Shown here in pieces: positions 9,398 to 19,424 of a DNA stretch of 64,000 nt. Each line of letters starts with the position of its first letter. The stretch's first letter is position 1. Position numbers and translations under genes: made by a program. Under the pieces are notes generated by a model, which searched no databases, was not told where the DNA came from, and saw only the letters and a list, made by a program, of their open reading frames with translations. Source of the stretch: Candidatus Latescibacterota bacterium. GTDB taxonomy: Bacteria; Latescibacterota; UBA2968; UBA8231. The DNA is taken from positions 608,001 to 672,000 of the forward strand of contig CBDFJF010000002.1 of the NCBI GenBank assembly GCA_965248265.1, written 5' to 3'.

Positions 9398-10462
9398 TCA
9401 CTTTTCATCCGGATAAACCAGGCCGATCTGAGTCCGTAGTCGATCCAGCAATTGCATGATGGCCAACGATTCGTCCAGCGGCATCACGGGGCTCTGCTGC
9501 TCGCCTGCCCGCAGACAGTCCATGACCGCAGCGGCCTGATAGTTGTAGCCGTTGCCGGTCAATGGTATTCGTATCTCCTCCTCCTCACCGTTGCTGTGCA
9601 GCAAAGTGGCCGCGGTGGCGGCGTAGAAAGGTGCGTGCACGCGGATGGAGCCGGCCTCGCCCATCACCAGGGCTTCGGCAGGAGTACGCGCGCCAATGGT
9701 GCAGTGCGCCGTGGCCAGCGCTCCAGATTCATACTTCAGCATCACCGCGCAATCCTCGTCAACGCCCGTCTTGCCCAATTGCGCCAGTGCGGTGGCTTCG
9801 ACCGGATGTGCTCCAAGGACCATGGACACCAGGGACACGAGATACACACCAAGGTCCAACAGGGCGCCGCCACCCAGTTTGAGGTCGTACAGGCGGCTGG
9901 TCGGATCGAACTGCGTGCGAAAACCCATGTCGCAGAAGAGTGCCCGCGGCGATCCTATGGCGCCGGAGTCGAGCCATTCACGCGTTTTGACGATCGCCGG
10001 AACGAAGCGTGTCCACATCGCTTCCATCAGGAACAGTCCCTGCTTGCTGGCGGTGGCGATCATCTGTTGTACCTGGCCGGCATTGAGGGCGAACGGCTTC
10101 TCGCACAATACGTGCTTACGCGCTTCCAGGCAGCGGATGGTGTTTTCGCAATGTGACGTGTGAGGCGTCGCCACGTAAATGACATCGACTTCGGAATCTG
10201 CAACCAGGGCGTCGTAGGATGGGTGGCAGTTGGGCACCGAAAACTCGGCGCCAAAGGCATGGGCAGTTTCCTGAGCACGTGAGCCCACGGCCTGCAACTG
10301 TGCGTCCGGCAGTACCGCCAGACCTTTGGCGAAGCTGTGGGCGATGGAGCCGGTACCCAGTATGCCCCAGCGAATCGGATCGCTTTGCAGCGGATCGCTT
10401 TGCAGCGGATCGCTTTGCAGCGGATCGCTTTGCAGCGGATCGCTTTTCAGCGGATCGCTCAT
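9398..10462 (-). CDS. Gfo/Idh/MocA family oxidoreductase with N-terminal SDPLQ repeats
   Basis: IRWGILGTGSIA, YVATPHTSH, HVLCEKP, LMEAMWTRF and GGGALLDLGVY. The ATG at 10462 overlaps the upstream stop (ATGA). Confidence 0.92.
   Translation of the reverse strand: MSDPLKSDPLQSDPLQSDPLQSDPLQSDPIRWGILGTGSIAHSFAKGLAVLPDAQLQAVGSRAQETAHAFGAEFSVPNCHPSYDALVADSEVDVIYVATPHTSHCENTIRCLEARKHVLCEKPFALNAGQVQQMIATASKQGLFLMEAMWTRFVPAIVKTREWLDSGAIGSPRALFCDMGFRTQFDPTSRLYDLKLGGGALLDLGVYLVSLVSMVLGAHPVEATALAQLGKTGVDEDCAVMLKYESGALATAHCTIGARTPAEALVMGEAGSIRVHAPFYAATAATLLHSNGEEEEIRIPLTGNGYNYQAAAVMDCLRAGEQQSPVMPLDESLAIMQLLDRLRTQIGLVYPDEK
10376..10459. repeat. 15-bp tandem repeat CGGATCGCTTTGCAG, about 5.6 copies
   Basis: Four perfect copies, one with a single mismatch and one partial; encodes SDPL[K/Q] on the minus strand. 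Confidence 0.97.
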
Positions 10463-11076
10463 GTGGAAGATTTCGTTTCCAGTTGCTTCCTGACCGCCTC
10501 CCACCGAGCAGGCATGTCGATGCGGTTGATGACGGGCGTGAAACCGAGATCGAAGTATATCTTGATAGCGGGCAGACGCCAGTCATCGGTCACTAGGGAG
10601 ACGCTTTCATAGCCGCTCTCGCCCAGGTTCCTGACCACGGCACCGCAGGCTATCAATCCGAGCTTGCGTCCGCGATGCACCGGGTCGCTGACGACATAGT
10701 CGACGCCTCCGATCAATGGCTGTGATCTGACGTGGGAAGCAAAGGTGGCGGCCACGATTCGCCCTTCGAATTCGATGAGGCGTGAACCCTGCCGCCTCTC
10801 CCGTTCGGACAGGTAGGCATCGAAATGTTTTCGGTCCCAGCGCTCGAATTCCGTCGCTATCAGGTCGATCCAGCCGGTCTCGTCGCCCGGCTTGAAGCTG
10901 CGGATGCAGTATCCGAAAGGGAGCTCGGGAAGCTGACACCCCTTGGCCACAGAACCGGCGATGGACATGGTCAACTGTCGTGGCTTGAGGTCGGGGAAGT
11001 CCGGGTGCGCATGGGTTTGCTGTGGGGACTGCTGCCGTCCCAGCATTTGCCTCACGGCACTCGCCAATCGGCGCAT
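10459..11076 (-). CDS. GNAT family N-acetyltransferase
   Basis: Acetyl-CoA motif A YVVSDPVHRGRKLG, and LVTDDWRLPAIKIYFDLGF. Confidence 0.85.
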   Translation of the reverse strand: MRRLASAVRQMLGRQQSPQQTHAHPDFPDLKPRQLTMSIAGSVAKGCQLPELPFGYCIRSFKPGDETGWIDLIATEFERWDRKHFDAYLSERERRQGSRLIEFEGRIVAATFASHVRSQPLIGGVDYVVSDPVHRGRKLGLIACGAVVRNLGESGYESVSLVTDDWRLPAIKIYFDLGFTPVINRIDMPARWEAVRKQLETKSST

Positions 11077-11095
11077 GAGTGAGTCAGTCTCTCAA

Positions 11096-14000
11096 TTAGC
11101 CCGCAAAGTCACGGGCATTGCGGAACAGTTGCAACCAGGGGCTGAACTCGTCCGACCAGTCCACGGGTCGCCATGACAGCTGCACGTTGCGGAAGACACG
11201 CTCAGGATGCGGCATCATGATGGTGACGCGGCCGTCGGTGGTCGTGAGCGCGGTGATGCCTTCGGGAGAGCCGTTGGGGTTTTCCGGGTATCGCATCGTT
11301 GCTTCTCCGTTGCCATCGACGTAGCGCATGCTGATCTGGCGGCGTTGGCGCAGCCCTTCCATGCCGTCATCGACGGGGAAGGCGGCGCGTCCCTCGCCAT
11401 GGGCGACGGCGATCGGCAGCCTCGAACCGGCCATTCCTCGCAGCAGCACGGACTTACTCTCGACGATTTCCACACTCACCAGTCGCGCTTCGAACTGCTC
11501 TGACTGGTTGCGCATGAAGCCTGGCCAATCCTCGGTGCCGGGGATGAGCTCGCGCAGCAGCGACAGCATCTGGCAGCCGTTACACACACCCAGGCTAAAC
11601 GAATCAGGCCTGGCAAAGAAAGCGGTAAACTGCTGCCGGAGTTCTTCGTTGAAGAGTATGCCGCGCGCCCAGCCGGCACCGGCGCCCAGAACATCCCCGT
11701 AGCTGAATCCGCCGCAGGCCGCCAGGCCGGCGAAATCATCCAGCCGAGAGCGGCCTTCAATGAGGTCAGTCATGGTCACATCGACGGTCTCGAAGCCACC
11801 TGCTTCGAAGGCGGCGGCCATTTCGACCTGGCCGTTGATTCCCTGCTCCCGAAGCACAGCCAGTCGGGGTCGCTGCGACGGACCGACGGCGGAGCCCTGG
11901 TCAACTTCGAACGACTTGAGCGCGGACAACCCGGGGCTGGAAAAATCAGTCCTGGTCTCGTATTCCTGGCGGGCGCACTGCGGGTCATCCCGCTGGGCCT
12001 GCATGCGATAGGTCAGATCCGACCAGTGCGCGCGCAGGGAACTCGCCCGCCTGTCGAGCACGGTATGGCCACTGCCTGATTCGATGAGGATGCGGTCGTC
12101 AGCGGTGGGATGACCGATGATGTGGCTGCAGGCTTCGAGGCCGTGCTTCGCCAGGACTTCGAGCACGCTCGATTCGTGGCGAGTTTCGATCTGCACGACA
12201 GCGCCGATCTCTTCTGTAAAAAGGGCTGCAACAGGATCCGCGCCAAGGGCAGACAGATCGACATTCAGCCCGCATGCGCCGGCAAAAGCCATCTCGGTCA
12301 GGGTTGCGAGAAGCCCCCCATCTGAGCGGTCGTGATAGGCGAGCAGTCTGTCAGCTTTATTGAGCTCCTGTATCGACGAAAACAAGCCAGCCACATCTCC
12401 GGCAGTGACATCGGGCGCAACATCGCCGATCTGACCATACACCTGCGCCAGACAAGAGGCGCCCAGACGGTTGGCTCCGTGGCCGAGGTCGATCAGTACC
12501 AGCAGAGTGTCGGGGCGAAGGTCGAGTTGCGGGGTCAGGGTGCGACGCACATCCGTAACCGGAGCAAACGCAGAAATCACCAGGCTGAGCGGGGCGATGA
12601 CCTCCTGGTCCTCACCGTCGCTGTCCTGCCACCGGGTGCGCATCGACAGGCTGTCCTTGCCGACCGGAATCGAGATCCCGAGGTCAGGACAAAATTCCAT
12701 GCCGACAGCCCGCACCGTGTCGTATAGGGCAGTATCCTCGGCGTCTTCGCCACAGGCGCACATCCAGTTGGCGGACAGCTTTACCTTGCCTATCAGGCCG
12801 ATATCAGCGGCGGCGATATTGGTGACGGCTTCGGCGATTGCCATACGTCCAGAAGCTGGTGCGTCGATGAGGGCGATCGGTGAACGCTCGCCCATCGACA
12901 TAGCGCTGCCGGTATTGCCCTTGAAGGAGGTGGTGGTCACGGCGACGTCGGACACCGGGACCTGATGTGGGCCGACCATCTGATCACGCGCGATCAATCC
13001 CGTGACCGTGCGGTCGGCGATCGTTATCAGGAAGGTCTTGTCCGCCACTGCAGGATAGCGCAGGACGCGCGCGACCGCCTCGTTCATTTCAATCTGACTG
13101 AGATCGAGCGGGCGTTCCCTGGCTGACCCGCGTTGGACGTCGCGCTGTAATCGAGGTGGCTTGCCGAGAATGACTTCCAGTGGGAGGTCGTCAATGGGGG
13201 TGTCATCCAGCAGTGGGTCGACGAGGCTGATCAGATTGTCTCCGGTCACCTCGCCCAACACGGCGTAGGGACAGCGCTCGCGCGCGGCCAGCGTACCGAA
13301 CCATTCCAAACGATCACGATGGACGAACAGGACGTAGCGCTCCTGGGCCTCGTTGCTCCACAATTCCATCGGGCTCATGCCGGGGTCGTCGTTGTGGATG
13401 GCGCGCAGGTCGAACCAGGCGCCCGATTCCTCAACCAATTCGGGGCAAGCATTTGAGAGGCCGCCGGCACCGACGTCGTGGATGCTGCGGATGGGGTTGT
13501 CGGCGCCCTGACTGAGGCAACGACTGATCAGCTCCTGGCAGCGACGCTGCATTTCAGGGTTGTCGCGCTGTACTGAGGCGAAATCGAGATCCTCGGTGTT
13601 GCTGCCCGTGTCCATGCTCGACGCGTAGCCGCCTCCGAGACCGATCAACATGGCGGGACCGCCGATCTGGATCACGCAGTCGCCGAGTTCCGGCTGCTGT
13701 TTCTCGACCTGCTCGTCGTCGATGAGTCCACAACCGCCTGCCACCATGATCGGTTTGTGGTAGCCGCGGATGCGTCCGTCCACACACTCCTCGTAGGTGC
13801 GGAAGAGGCCGAGAATGTTGGGCCGGCCGAACTCATTGCCGAAGGCCGCGCCACCCAGGGGTCCCTGCGTCATGATCTCCAGTGGGGTAGCCAGGCGCCC
13901 GGGAAACTCCGCGTATTCGCCTTCCCATGGTTGCCGATAGCCCGGGATCCGCAGGTGGGAGGTATAAAACGCGCTCAGTCCGGCCTGCGAATGACTGCCC

Positions 14001-14995
14001 CTTCCAGTCGAGCCCTCGTCGCGGATCTCGCCGCCCACGCCTGTTGAGGCTCCCGGATAGGGGGAGATGGCGGTGGGATGGTTGTGCGTCTCCACCTTAC
14101 AGACGATATGAGTTCGACGGTTGGCGTAGCCGTAGACGAAACTTGCGGTGTCCGGGCGAAAAACCTCAGCCTCGAAACCCTCGATGACGCCGGCGTTGTC
14201 GGCGTAGGCGGATAACGTCCATTCTGGATGTCGAGCATGGGTGTTGCGAATCATGTCGAAGAGGGAGCGCTCGAGCTCGTCGCCGTCGATGCGCCAGCCG
14301 GCATTGAAGATCTTGTGGCGGCAGTGCTCGGAGTTGACGTTGGCGAACATGACGAGCTCGACATCGGTCGGGTCGCGTCCGAGCCTCTCGAAGGCGTCGC
14401 AGAAGTAAGCCAGTTCCGCCGCAGACATGGCGAGTCCCATGACATCGTTGGCCGCGGCCAAGGCCTCGCGCCCCTGCGTTGTCAGCGGTATGCGCTCCAT
14501 CGGGCGCGCACCGATTTCTGTGAACAGGACCGATGGATCGTCGATCATGGCCTCGGTCATGCGGTCGTGTAGCAATGGCAACAACTGCGGCAACAGTCGT
14601 GTCACGCGTTCCCCCGTACCATCGCAACGGAGCTGGTACATTGTACCGCGTTCCACCCGCCTGACCTCATTCAAGCCGCAGTTATGCAGGATATCCGTGG
14701 CCTTGCTGGACCAGGGAGAAATCGTCCCGGGTCGCGGCCAGAACGCCAGCGTTGGACCTTCTCCTCTACCCGAAGCTTCCGCATCGATCGATGGACTATG
14801 AGCTGAAGTGACGTCGAGGACGCCCTCAAGCCGCTCCATGGTTTGTGTGTCAGGCGTTTGTTGCAGGGAGACGGCGAAAACGAAATCGGTATCGATGCCG
14901 ACAATCTCGGGCACCGTTTCCCTGCACTGCTCGAGCAGAGCTGTACGGCGGAACGCCGAAAGGGCCGGGGGGCCGATGAAGGTCACAATTTCCAT
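11096..14995 (-). CDS. purL: Phosphoribosylformylglycinamidine synthase (large, single-chain PurL)
   Basis: RPGTISPWSSKATDI, NSEHCRHKIFNA, KVETHNHPT and IHDVGAGG; GATase motifs GVCNGCQ and MMPHPER; 1299 aa. Confidence 0.98.
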   Translation of the reverse strand: MEIVTFIGPPALSAFRRTALLEQCRETVPEIVGIDTDFVFAVSLQQTPDTQTMERLEGVLDVTSAHSPSIDAEASGRGEGPTLAFWPRPGTISPWSSKATDILHNCGLNEVRRVERGTMYQLRCDGTGERVTRLLPQLLPLLHDRMTEAMIDDPSVLFTEIGARPMERIPLTTQGREALAAANDVMGLAMSAAELAYFCDAFERLGRDPTDVELVMFANVNSEHCRHKIFNAGWRIDGDELERSLFDMIRNTHARHPEWTLSAYADNAGVIEGFEAEVFRPDTASFVYGYANRRTHIVCKVETHNHPTAISPYPGASTGVGGEIRDEGSTGRGSHSQAGLSAFYTSHLRIPGYRQPWEGEYAEFPGRLATPLEIMTQGPLGGAAFGNEFGRPNILGLFRTYEECVDGRIRGYHKPIMVAGGCGLIDDEQVEKQQPELGDCVIQIGGPAMLIGLGGGYASSMDTGSNTEDLDFASVQRDNPEMQRRCQELISRCLSQGADNPIRSIHDVGAGGLSNACPELVEESGAWFDLRAIHNDDPGMSPMELWSNEAQERYVLFVHRDRLEWFGTLAARERCPYAVLGEVTGDNLISLVDPLLDDTPIDDLPLEVILGKPPRLQRDVQRGSARERPLDLSQIEMNEAVARVLRYPAVADKTFLITIADRTVTGLIARDQMVGPHQVPVSDVAVTTTSFKGNTGSAMSMGERSPIALIDAPASGRMAIAEAVTNIAAADIGLIGKVKLSANWMCACGEDAEDTALYDTVRAVGMEFCPDLGISIPVGKDSLSMRTRWQDSDGEDQEVIAPLSLVISAFAPVTDVRRTLTPQLDLRPDTLLVLIDLGHGANRLGASCLAQVYGQIGDVAPDVTAGDVAGLFSSIQELNKADRLLAYHDRSDGGLLATLTEMAFAGACGLNVDLSALGADPVAALFTEEIGAVVQIETRHESSVLEVLAKHGLEACSHIIGHPTADDRILIESGSGHTVLDRRASSLRAHWSDLTYRMQAQRDDPQCARQEYETRTDFSSPGLSALKSFEVDQGSAVGPSQRPRLAVLREQGINGQVEMAAAFEAGGFETVDVTMTDLIEGRSRLDDFAGLAACGGFSYGDVLGAGAGWARGILFNEELRQQFTAFFARPDSFSLGVCNGCQMLSLLRELIPGTEDWPGFMRNQSEQFEARLVSVEIVESKSVLLRGMAGSRLPIAVAHGEGRAAFPVDDGMEGLRQRRQISMRYVDGNGEATMRYPENPNGSPEGITALTTTDGRVTIMMPHPERVFRNVQLSWRPVDWSDEFSPWLQLFRNARDFAG

Positions 14996-15003
14996 GGAAC
15001 GCT

Positions 15004-15032
15004 AATGTAGCGGCCGCCATGAGCCCCTTCAA
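15004..15032 (-). promoter_or_regulatory. Sigma70-like promoter for purL (TTGAAG-17-TACATT), 8 nt before the ATG
   Basis: Plus-strand CTTCAA at 15027-15032 and AATGTA at 15004-15009; no SD before the ATG. Confidence 0.6.
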
Positions 15033-15130
15033 GAAAACCGCCATGAAAAGGGCCAATGGGACTCATCAGCCAAATTGATGGAGATTCACCTTTATTGCTT
15101 CCACGATCGCCGAAATACCTTATACTCTCC

Positions 15131-15184
15131 AACCTCAAATGGCCCTCGTTTTGAGGGCCGCAATTCGCTGTCTGCGATGAGGTT
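15131..15184 (+). other. Three-way-junction structured element upstream of sucA (candidate cis-regulatory RNA or mini-repeat)
   Basis: AACCTCA/TGAGGTT encloses the hairpins GGCCCTC-GTTTT-GAGGGCC and TCGC-TGTCT-GCGA; it follows TATACT at 15121. Confidence 0.5.
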
Positions 15185-15226
15185 AGATATAGGTTTACCA
15201 GGAGCCTCCGGCCAAGGGTCAGTCTC

Positions 15227-18067
15227 ATGCCATTGAATGTCGACGCTAATAATCGAGAATACATCGATCAGCTGTATGAGCAGTACCAGGTTGATCCCAG
15301 CTCCGTAGATGAAGACTGGGGTGCCTTTTTTCAGGGATTCGAGCTGGGCTACGGTCGTGCTGACGAGCGCGACGAGGTAGAGCAATCTGGGGAAGAGTCT
15401 GCATCCCCTCAGGTTGCCCCTGCTGGTTCCGAACGGCGCCGTCTCGAGCGCACCGATACCGGTGCGGTGGCCGTGGTCGAGGCGTATCGCCAGTATGGTC
15501 ACTACGCGGCCAACCTCGATCCGCTGGGAGGTAGCTCCACCGAGCACCCACTGTTGCAGTTGTCCGAATTCGAACTTTCAGATGCCGACCTCGATAAGGG
15601 GGTTGGCATGGGTGGATTCCATCACCAGACGGATGGTTCACTGCGGGATCTGCTCGGAAAGCTACAGAAAACCTATTGCGGAACCCTCGGTGTCGACTTC
15701 CTGTCGATCACGGACAAGGGTCAACGGAGGTGGCTGGAGGAGAAGGTCGAACCAATCCTCAATCAGCCCGAGCTGACCAAGGCACAGAAGCGGCGCATCT
15801 TGTGGTTGGTGACCGAATCAGAGGGGTTCGAGCAATTCCTGCAAAAACGCTATCTGGGGCAGAAGCGCTTTTCCGTCGAAGGGGGTGAATCACTCTTGCC
15901 GTTGCTGGACCGGCTCGTCGAAACCGGCTCGCATCTGGGCGTCGAGGAGATGATCATCGGTATGGCACATCGCGGGCGACTCAACGTCCTGGCCCACCTC
16001 CTCCACAAACAATACGAATCGATTCTTTCGGAGTTCGAGGGCGCCACACGCAGTGAGGGGTCTGAAGATGAAGGGGACGTCAAATATCATCAGGGGTACT
16101 CCTACGACTTCGTTACCCGACGCGGAGGACGTGTTCACCTCTCATTGAGTTACAACCCGAGCCACCTGGAGCTAGTCAACCCTGTCATCGAAGGCATGGT
16201 TCAGGCCAAACAGGATCACTTGCACGACGAAGAGCGCAGCCGGGTCGTGCCCATTCAGATTCACGGCGAGGCCGCCTTTACCGGGCAAGGGATCGTGGCG
16301 GAAACGCTCAACCTGTCCCAGTTGGAGGGCTATCGAACGGGCGGTACCATTCACATCATCATCAACAACCAACTGGGCTACACCGCTACGCCGGAGGAGA
16401 CGCGCTTCACTACCTACCCGACGGATGTGGCGCGCCAGGTTCAGGCCCCAGTCTTCCACGTCAACGCCGACGACCCTGAAGCGGTCGTTCATGCCGCCGA
16501 GTTGGCGATACAATTTCGCCAGCAGTTCAAGACATGCGTACTAATCGACCTGGTCTGCTACCGCCGCCATGGACACAACGAGGCTGACGATCCGACGATG
16601 ACGTCACCGTTGATGTACCAGAAGATCAAGAGTCATCCGACGGTCACCGAGCTTTACTCCAAGGCGCTGATCGAGCGAGGCGAAGGAACGGCGGACGACC
16701 TGAAGGAGATGCAGGAGGAGGTGGCGACGACATTGGATCGTTCACAGGAAAAGGCGCGCCGGCTCAAGGTGAAGCCGAGAACGAACACCTTCGGCGGCAT
16801 GTGGCAGGGCATGACGTGGCCGCGCGATGATTGGGACGCCGATACCTCGGTGAACGCATCCCACCTGAAAAAGATCGCCGACAAGGCGACTGAGATCCCC
16901 GACGGGTTCACGATGCATCCGACCGTCAAACGCATCATGTCCTCGCGTCGGGAAATGGCCGCCGGGAAAATTCCCATGGACTGGGGATGCGCCGAGATGT
17001 TGGCCTTTGGCAGCCTCGTAATCGAGCGACTCGGTGTGCGTCTGGCGGGACAGGATTCACAACGGGGAACGTTCGCCCACCGTCACGCAGTGTGGCACGA
17101 CACCAAAACTGGGCAGTACCATACACCGTTGGCTCATATGGCCTCAGACCAAGGCGCGTTCGAAGTCTACAACACCATGCTCTCTGAGCTCGCCGTAGTG
17201 GGTTTCGAGTACGGCATAAGTCGCACCGATCCGCGACGCCTGGTCATCTGGGAAGCGCAATTCGGTGACTTTGCCAATGGGGCCCAACTGGTCATCGACC
17301 AGTACATCAGTTCAGCCGAAGCCAAGTGGCACCGCATGGCAGGCATTGTCCTGCTACTGCCTCACGGTTGTGAAGGCATGGGCCCCGAGCATTCGAGCGC
17401 ACGCCTCGAGCGACACCTGCAATTGTGTGCCAAGAGCAACATGCAGGTATGCTACCCCTCGACCCCGGCGCAGATCTTCCACGTGCTGCGACGGCAGATG
17501 GAGCGCAATTTCCGCAAGCCCTTGATCGTGATGACGCCAAAGAGCTTGCTGCGTCACAAGCAATGTGTCTCCGAGTTGGCGGAGTTGACGCAGGGGGGTT
17601 ACCGCAATGTCATTGACGATACCGACGTGACAGCGGAGAATGTGCGTCGCGTTGCTCTCTGTTCCGGAAAGGTCTACTACGACTTGCTGGCTGGTCGTGA
17701 GGAGATCGAGGACGTGGCCCTGGTGAGGATTGAACAATTGTACCCGTTTCCGCTGAGGGAGTTGGGAGAGGTCTTGCGCCGCTACGAAGAGGCTGAGGAG
17801 TACGTCTGGGTGCAGGAAGAAGCGTCGAATATGGGTGCGTGGTATTTCGTTCAGCCGCTGATCGATGATCTGCTCGGCGAACGCGGCAACGTCCGCTACA
17901 TCGGCCGAGACGAAGCCGCGAGCCCGGCCGTCGGAGACGCCCGTCAGCACCAGTCCGAGCAGCAGGAGATCGTGGAACAGGCGTTGGATCTGGGTGTCCA
18001 AGAACTCAAGCTCGAAGATGCACAGCGCACGCGCTCAGCAGCGGCCGCCAGCGGTGCGGGCGATTGA
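15227..18067 (+). CDS. sucA: 2-oxoglutarate dehydrogenase E1
   Basis: GQKRFSVEGGE, GMAHRGRLN, GDVKYH, NPSHLE, YRRHGHNE, WEAQFGDFANGAQ and PEHSSAR. Confidence 0.97.
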   Translation: MPLNVDANNREYIDQLYEQYQVDPSSVDEDWGAFFQGFELGYGRADERDEVEQSGEESASPQVAPAGSERRRLERTDTGAVAVVEAYRQYGHYAANLDPLGGSSTEHPLLQLSEFELSDADLDKGVGMGGFHHQTDGSLRDLLGKLQKTYCGTLGVDFLSITDKGQRRWLEEKVEPILNQPELTKAQKRRILWLVTESEGFEQFLQKRYLGQKRFSVEGGESLLPLLDRLVETGSHLGVEEMIIGMAHRGRLNVLAHLLHKQYESILSEFEGATRSEGSEDEGDVKYHQGYSYDFVTRRGGRVHLSLSYNPSHLELVNPVIEGMVQAKQDHLHDEERSRVVPIQIHGEAAFTGQGIVAETLNLSQLEGYRTGGTIHIIINNQLGYTATPEETRFTTYPTDVARQVQAPVFHVNADDPEAVVHAAELAIQFRQQFKTCVLIDLVCYRRHGHNEADDPTMTSPLMYQKIKSHPTVTELYSKALIERGEGTADDLKEMQEEVATTLDRSQEKARRLKVKPRTNTFGGMWQGMTWPRDDWDADTSVNASHLKKIADKATEIPDGFTMHPTVKRIMSSRREMAAGKIPMDWGCAEMLAFGSLVIERLGVRLAGQDSQRGTFAHRHAVWHDTKTGQYHTPLAHMASDQGAFEVYNTMLSELAVVGFEYGISRTDPRRLVIWEAQFGDFANGAQLVIDQYISSAEAKWHRMAGIVLLLPHGCEGMGPEHSSARLERHLQLCAKSNMQVCYPSTPAQIFHVLRRQMERNFRKPLIVMTPKSLLRHKQCVSELAELTQGGYRNVIDDTDVTAENVRRVALCSGKVYYDLLAGREEIEDVALVRIEQLYPFPLRELGEVLRRYEEAEEYVWVQEEASNMGAWYFVQPLIDDLLGERGNVRYIGRDEAASPAVGDARQHQSEQQEIVEQALDLGVQELKLEDAQRTRSAAAASGAGD

Positions 18068-18112
18068 GACGGACCACATCAAGAAAAACATCAAGAAACA
18101 GGAGAAGGACTG

Positions 18113-19420
18113 ATGCCAACGGACGTAGCGATCCCCGAAATGGGCGAGTCGGTCAGCGAGGTGATCTTGCTGGAATGGCTCAAATCGGAGGGCGACTACG
18201 TCGGTCGTGATGAAGCGATCTGCGTACTCGAGACGGACAAGGCCAACGTTGAGCTGCCGTCTCCAGCGGCCGGAGTTCTTCACCCGGCACAGGAGGTAGA
18301 TGCCACTCTGGCCGTGGGGGATCTGGTGGCCACGATTGACGAGGGTCCACAACCAGCGCAGGCGGACGAAGAAGCGGTCGCTGAGGTCGGCCAACCTGAA
18401 CCTGTCGTCGAAGTCGCACCCAGCGAAGAGCCAGCGGTGGCGGCCGAAATGCTAGAGAGCTTGAGCCCGGCGGTCAGAGGCCTGGTCCAGGAGCACGGCA
18501 TCGATCCAAGCCAAATCGTGGGCACGGGTCGGGGCGGCCGCATCGTAAAACAGGACATCGTCGCCTTCTTGAAGGAGAAGGAGAATGAGGCTGCCTCCGC
18601 CGGCACATCAGCCGCGAGTCCTCCGCAGCCCACGGCAAAACCAGCGGTGACCCCGCCCCCAGCGCCAACCCCGAAAGCCCAGGTCGCAACGTCCGTCCCG
18701 CCGGCAAGTGAAGGCGACGACGGCGGCGTTCGTCGCGAGCCGATGACGAAGATCCGCAAGCGCATCGCCGAGCGCCTGGTTGCCGCGCAACAGAACGCGG
18801 CCATGTTGACGACCTTCAACGAGGTCGATCTGGGAGAGGTGATGGCGTTGCGTAAGCGCCACAAGGAGCGATTTGCCGAGAAGCACGGAGTCTCACTCGG
18901 ATTGATGTCGTTCTTCTCCCGCGCCACCATCCTGGCGTTGCAGGAATTCCCCCAGGTCAACGCCGGCATCGAAGGTGACGACATCGTCTACCATGACTAC
19001 GTCAATCTCGGAATCGCCGTCTCCTCGGAACGAGGATTGTTGGTACCGGTCCTGCGTCGTGCCGACCGTCTATCGATGGCGCAGATCGAAGGCGAGATAA
19101 AGCGACTGGCACAAGCAGCTCGCGACAACAAGCTCGGCCTGAACGAGCTCAGCGGAGGCACCTTCTCCATCACCAACGGCGGAGTCTTCGGCTCGCTGAT
19201 GTCGACGCCGATTCTCAATCCACCGCAAAGCGGCATACTCGGCATGCATGCGATCAAGGAGCGCCCCGCCGTCGTCGAGGGAGCAGTCGTGGTGCGGCCG
19301 ATGATGTACCTGGCGTTATCCTATGACCACCGTCTCATCGACGGGGAGCAATCGGTGAAGTTCCTGGTTCGTATCAAGGATCTGCTGGAAGACCCACCGC
19401 GGTTGATGCTGGAGATCTGA
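18113..19420 (+). CDS. sucB: Dihydrolipoyllysine-residue succinyltransferase E2
   Basis: Lipoyl domain [10 protein letters not shown]3-binding [18 protein letters not shown] and [11 protein letters not shown]. Confidence 0.97.
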   Translation: MPTDVAIPEMGESVSEVILLEWLKSEGDYVGRDEAICVLETDKANVELPSPAAGVLHPAQEVDATLAVGDLVATIDEGPQPAQADEEAVAEVGQPEPVVEVAPSEEPAVAAEMLESLSPAVRGLVQEHGIDPSQIVGTGRGGRIVKQDIVAFLKEKENEAASAGTSAASPPQPTAKPAVTPPPAPTPKAQVATSVPPASEGDDGGVRREPMTKIRKRIAERLVAAQQNAAMLTTFNEVDLGEVMALRKRHKERFAEKHGVSLGLMSFFSRATILALQEFPQVNAGIEGDDIVYHDYVNLGIAVSSERGLLVPVLRRADRLSMAQIEGEIKRLAQAARDNKLGLNELSGGTFSITNGGVFGSLMSTPILNPPQSGILGMHAIKERPAVVEGAVVVRPMMYLALSYDHRLIDGEQSVKFLVRIKDLLEDPPRLMLEI

Positions 19421-19424
19421 AACC

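Noticed and set aside
15095-15126. TTGCTT...TATACT as a complete sigma70 promoter for sucA
   Set aside because: The spacer is 20 bp, too long; only the -10-like hexamer is credible.
15201-15220. GCCTCCGGCC resembling part of a c-di-GMP-I riboswitch
   Set aside because: The GCAAACC/GNRA P1 and GCAAAG junction elements are absent.
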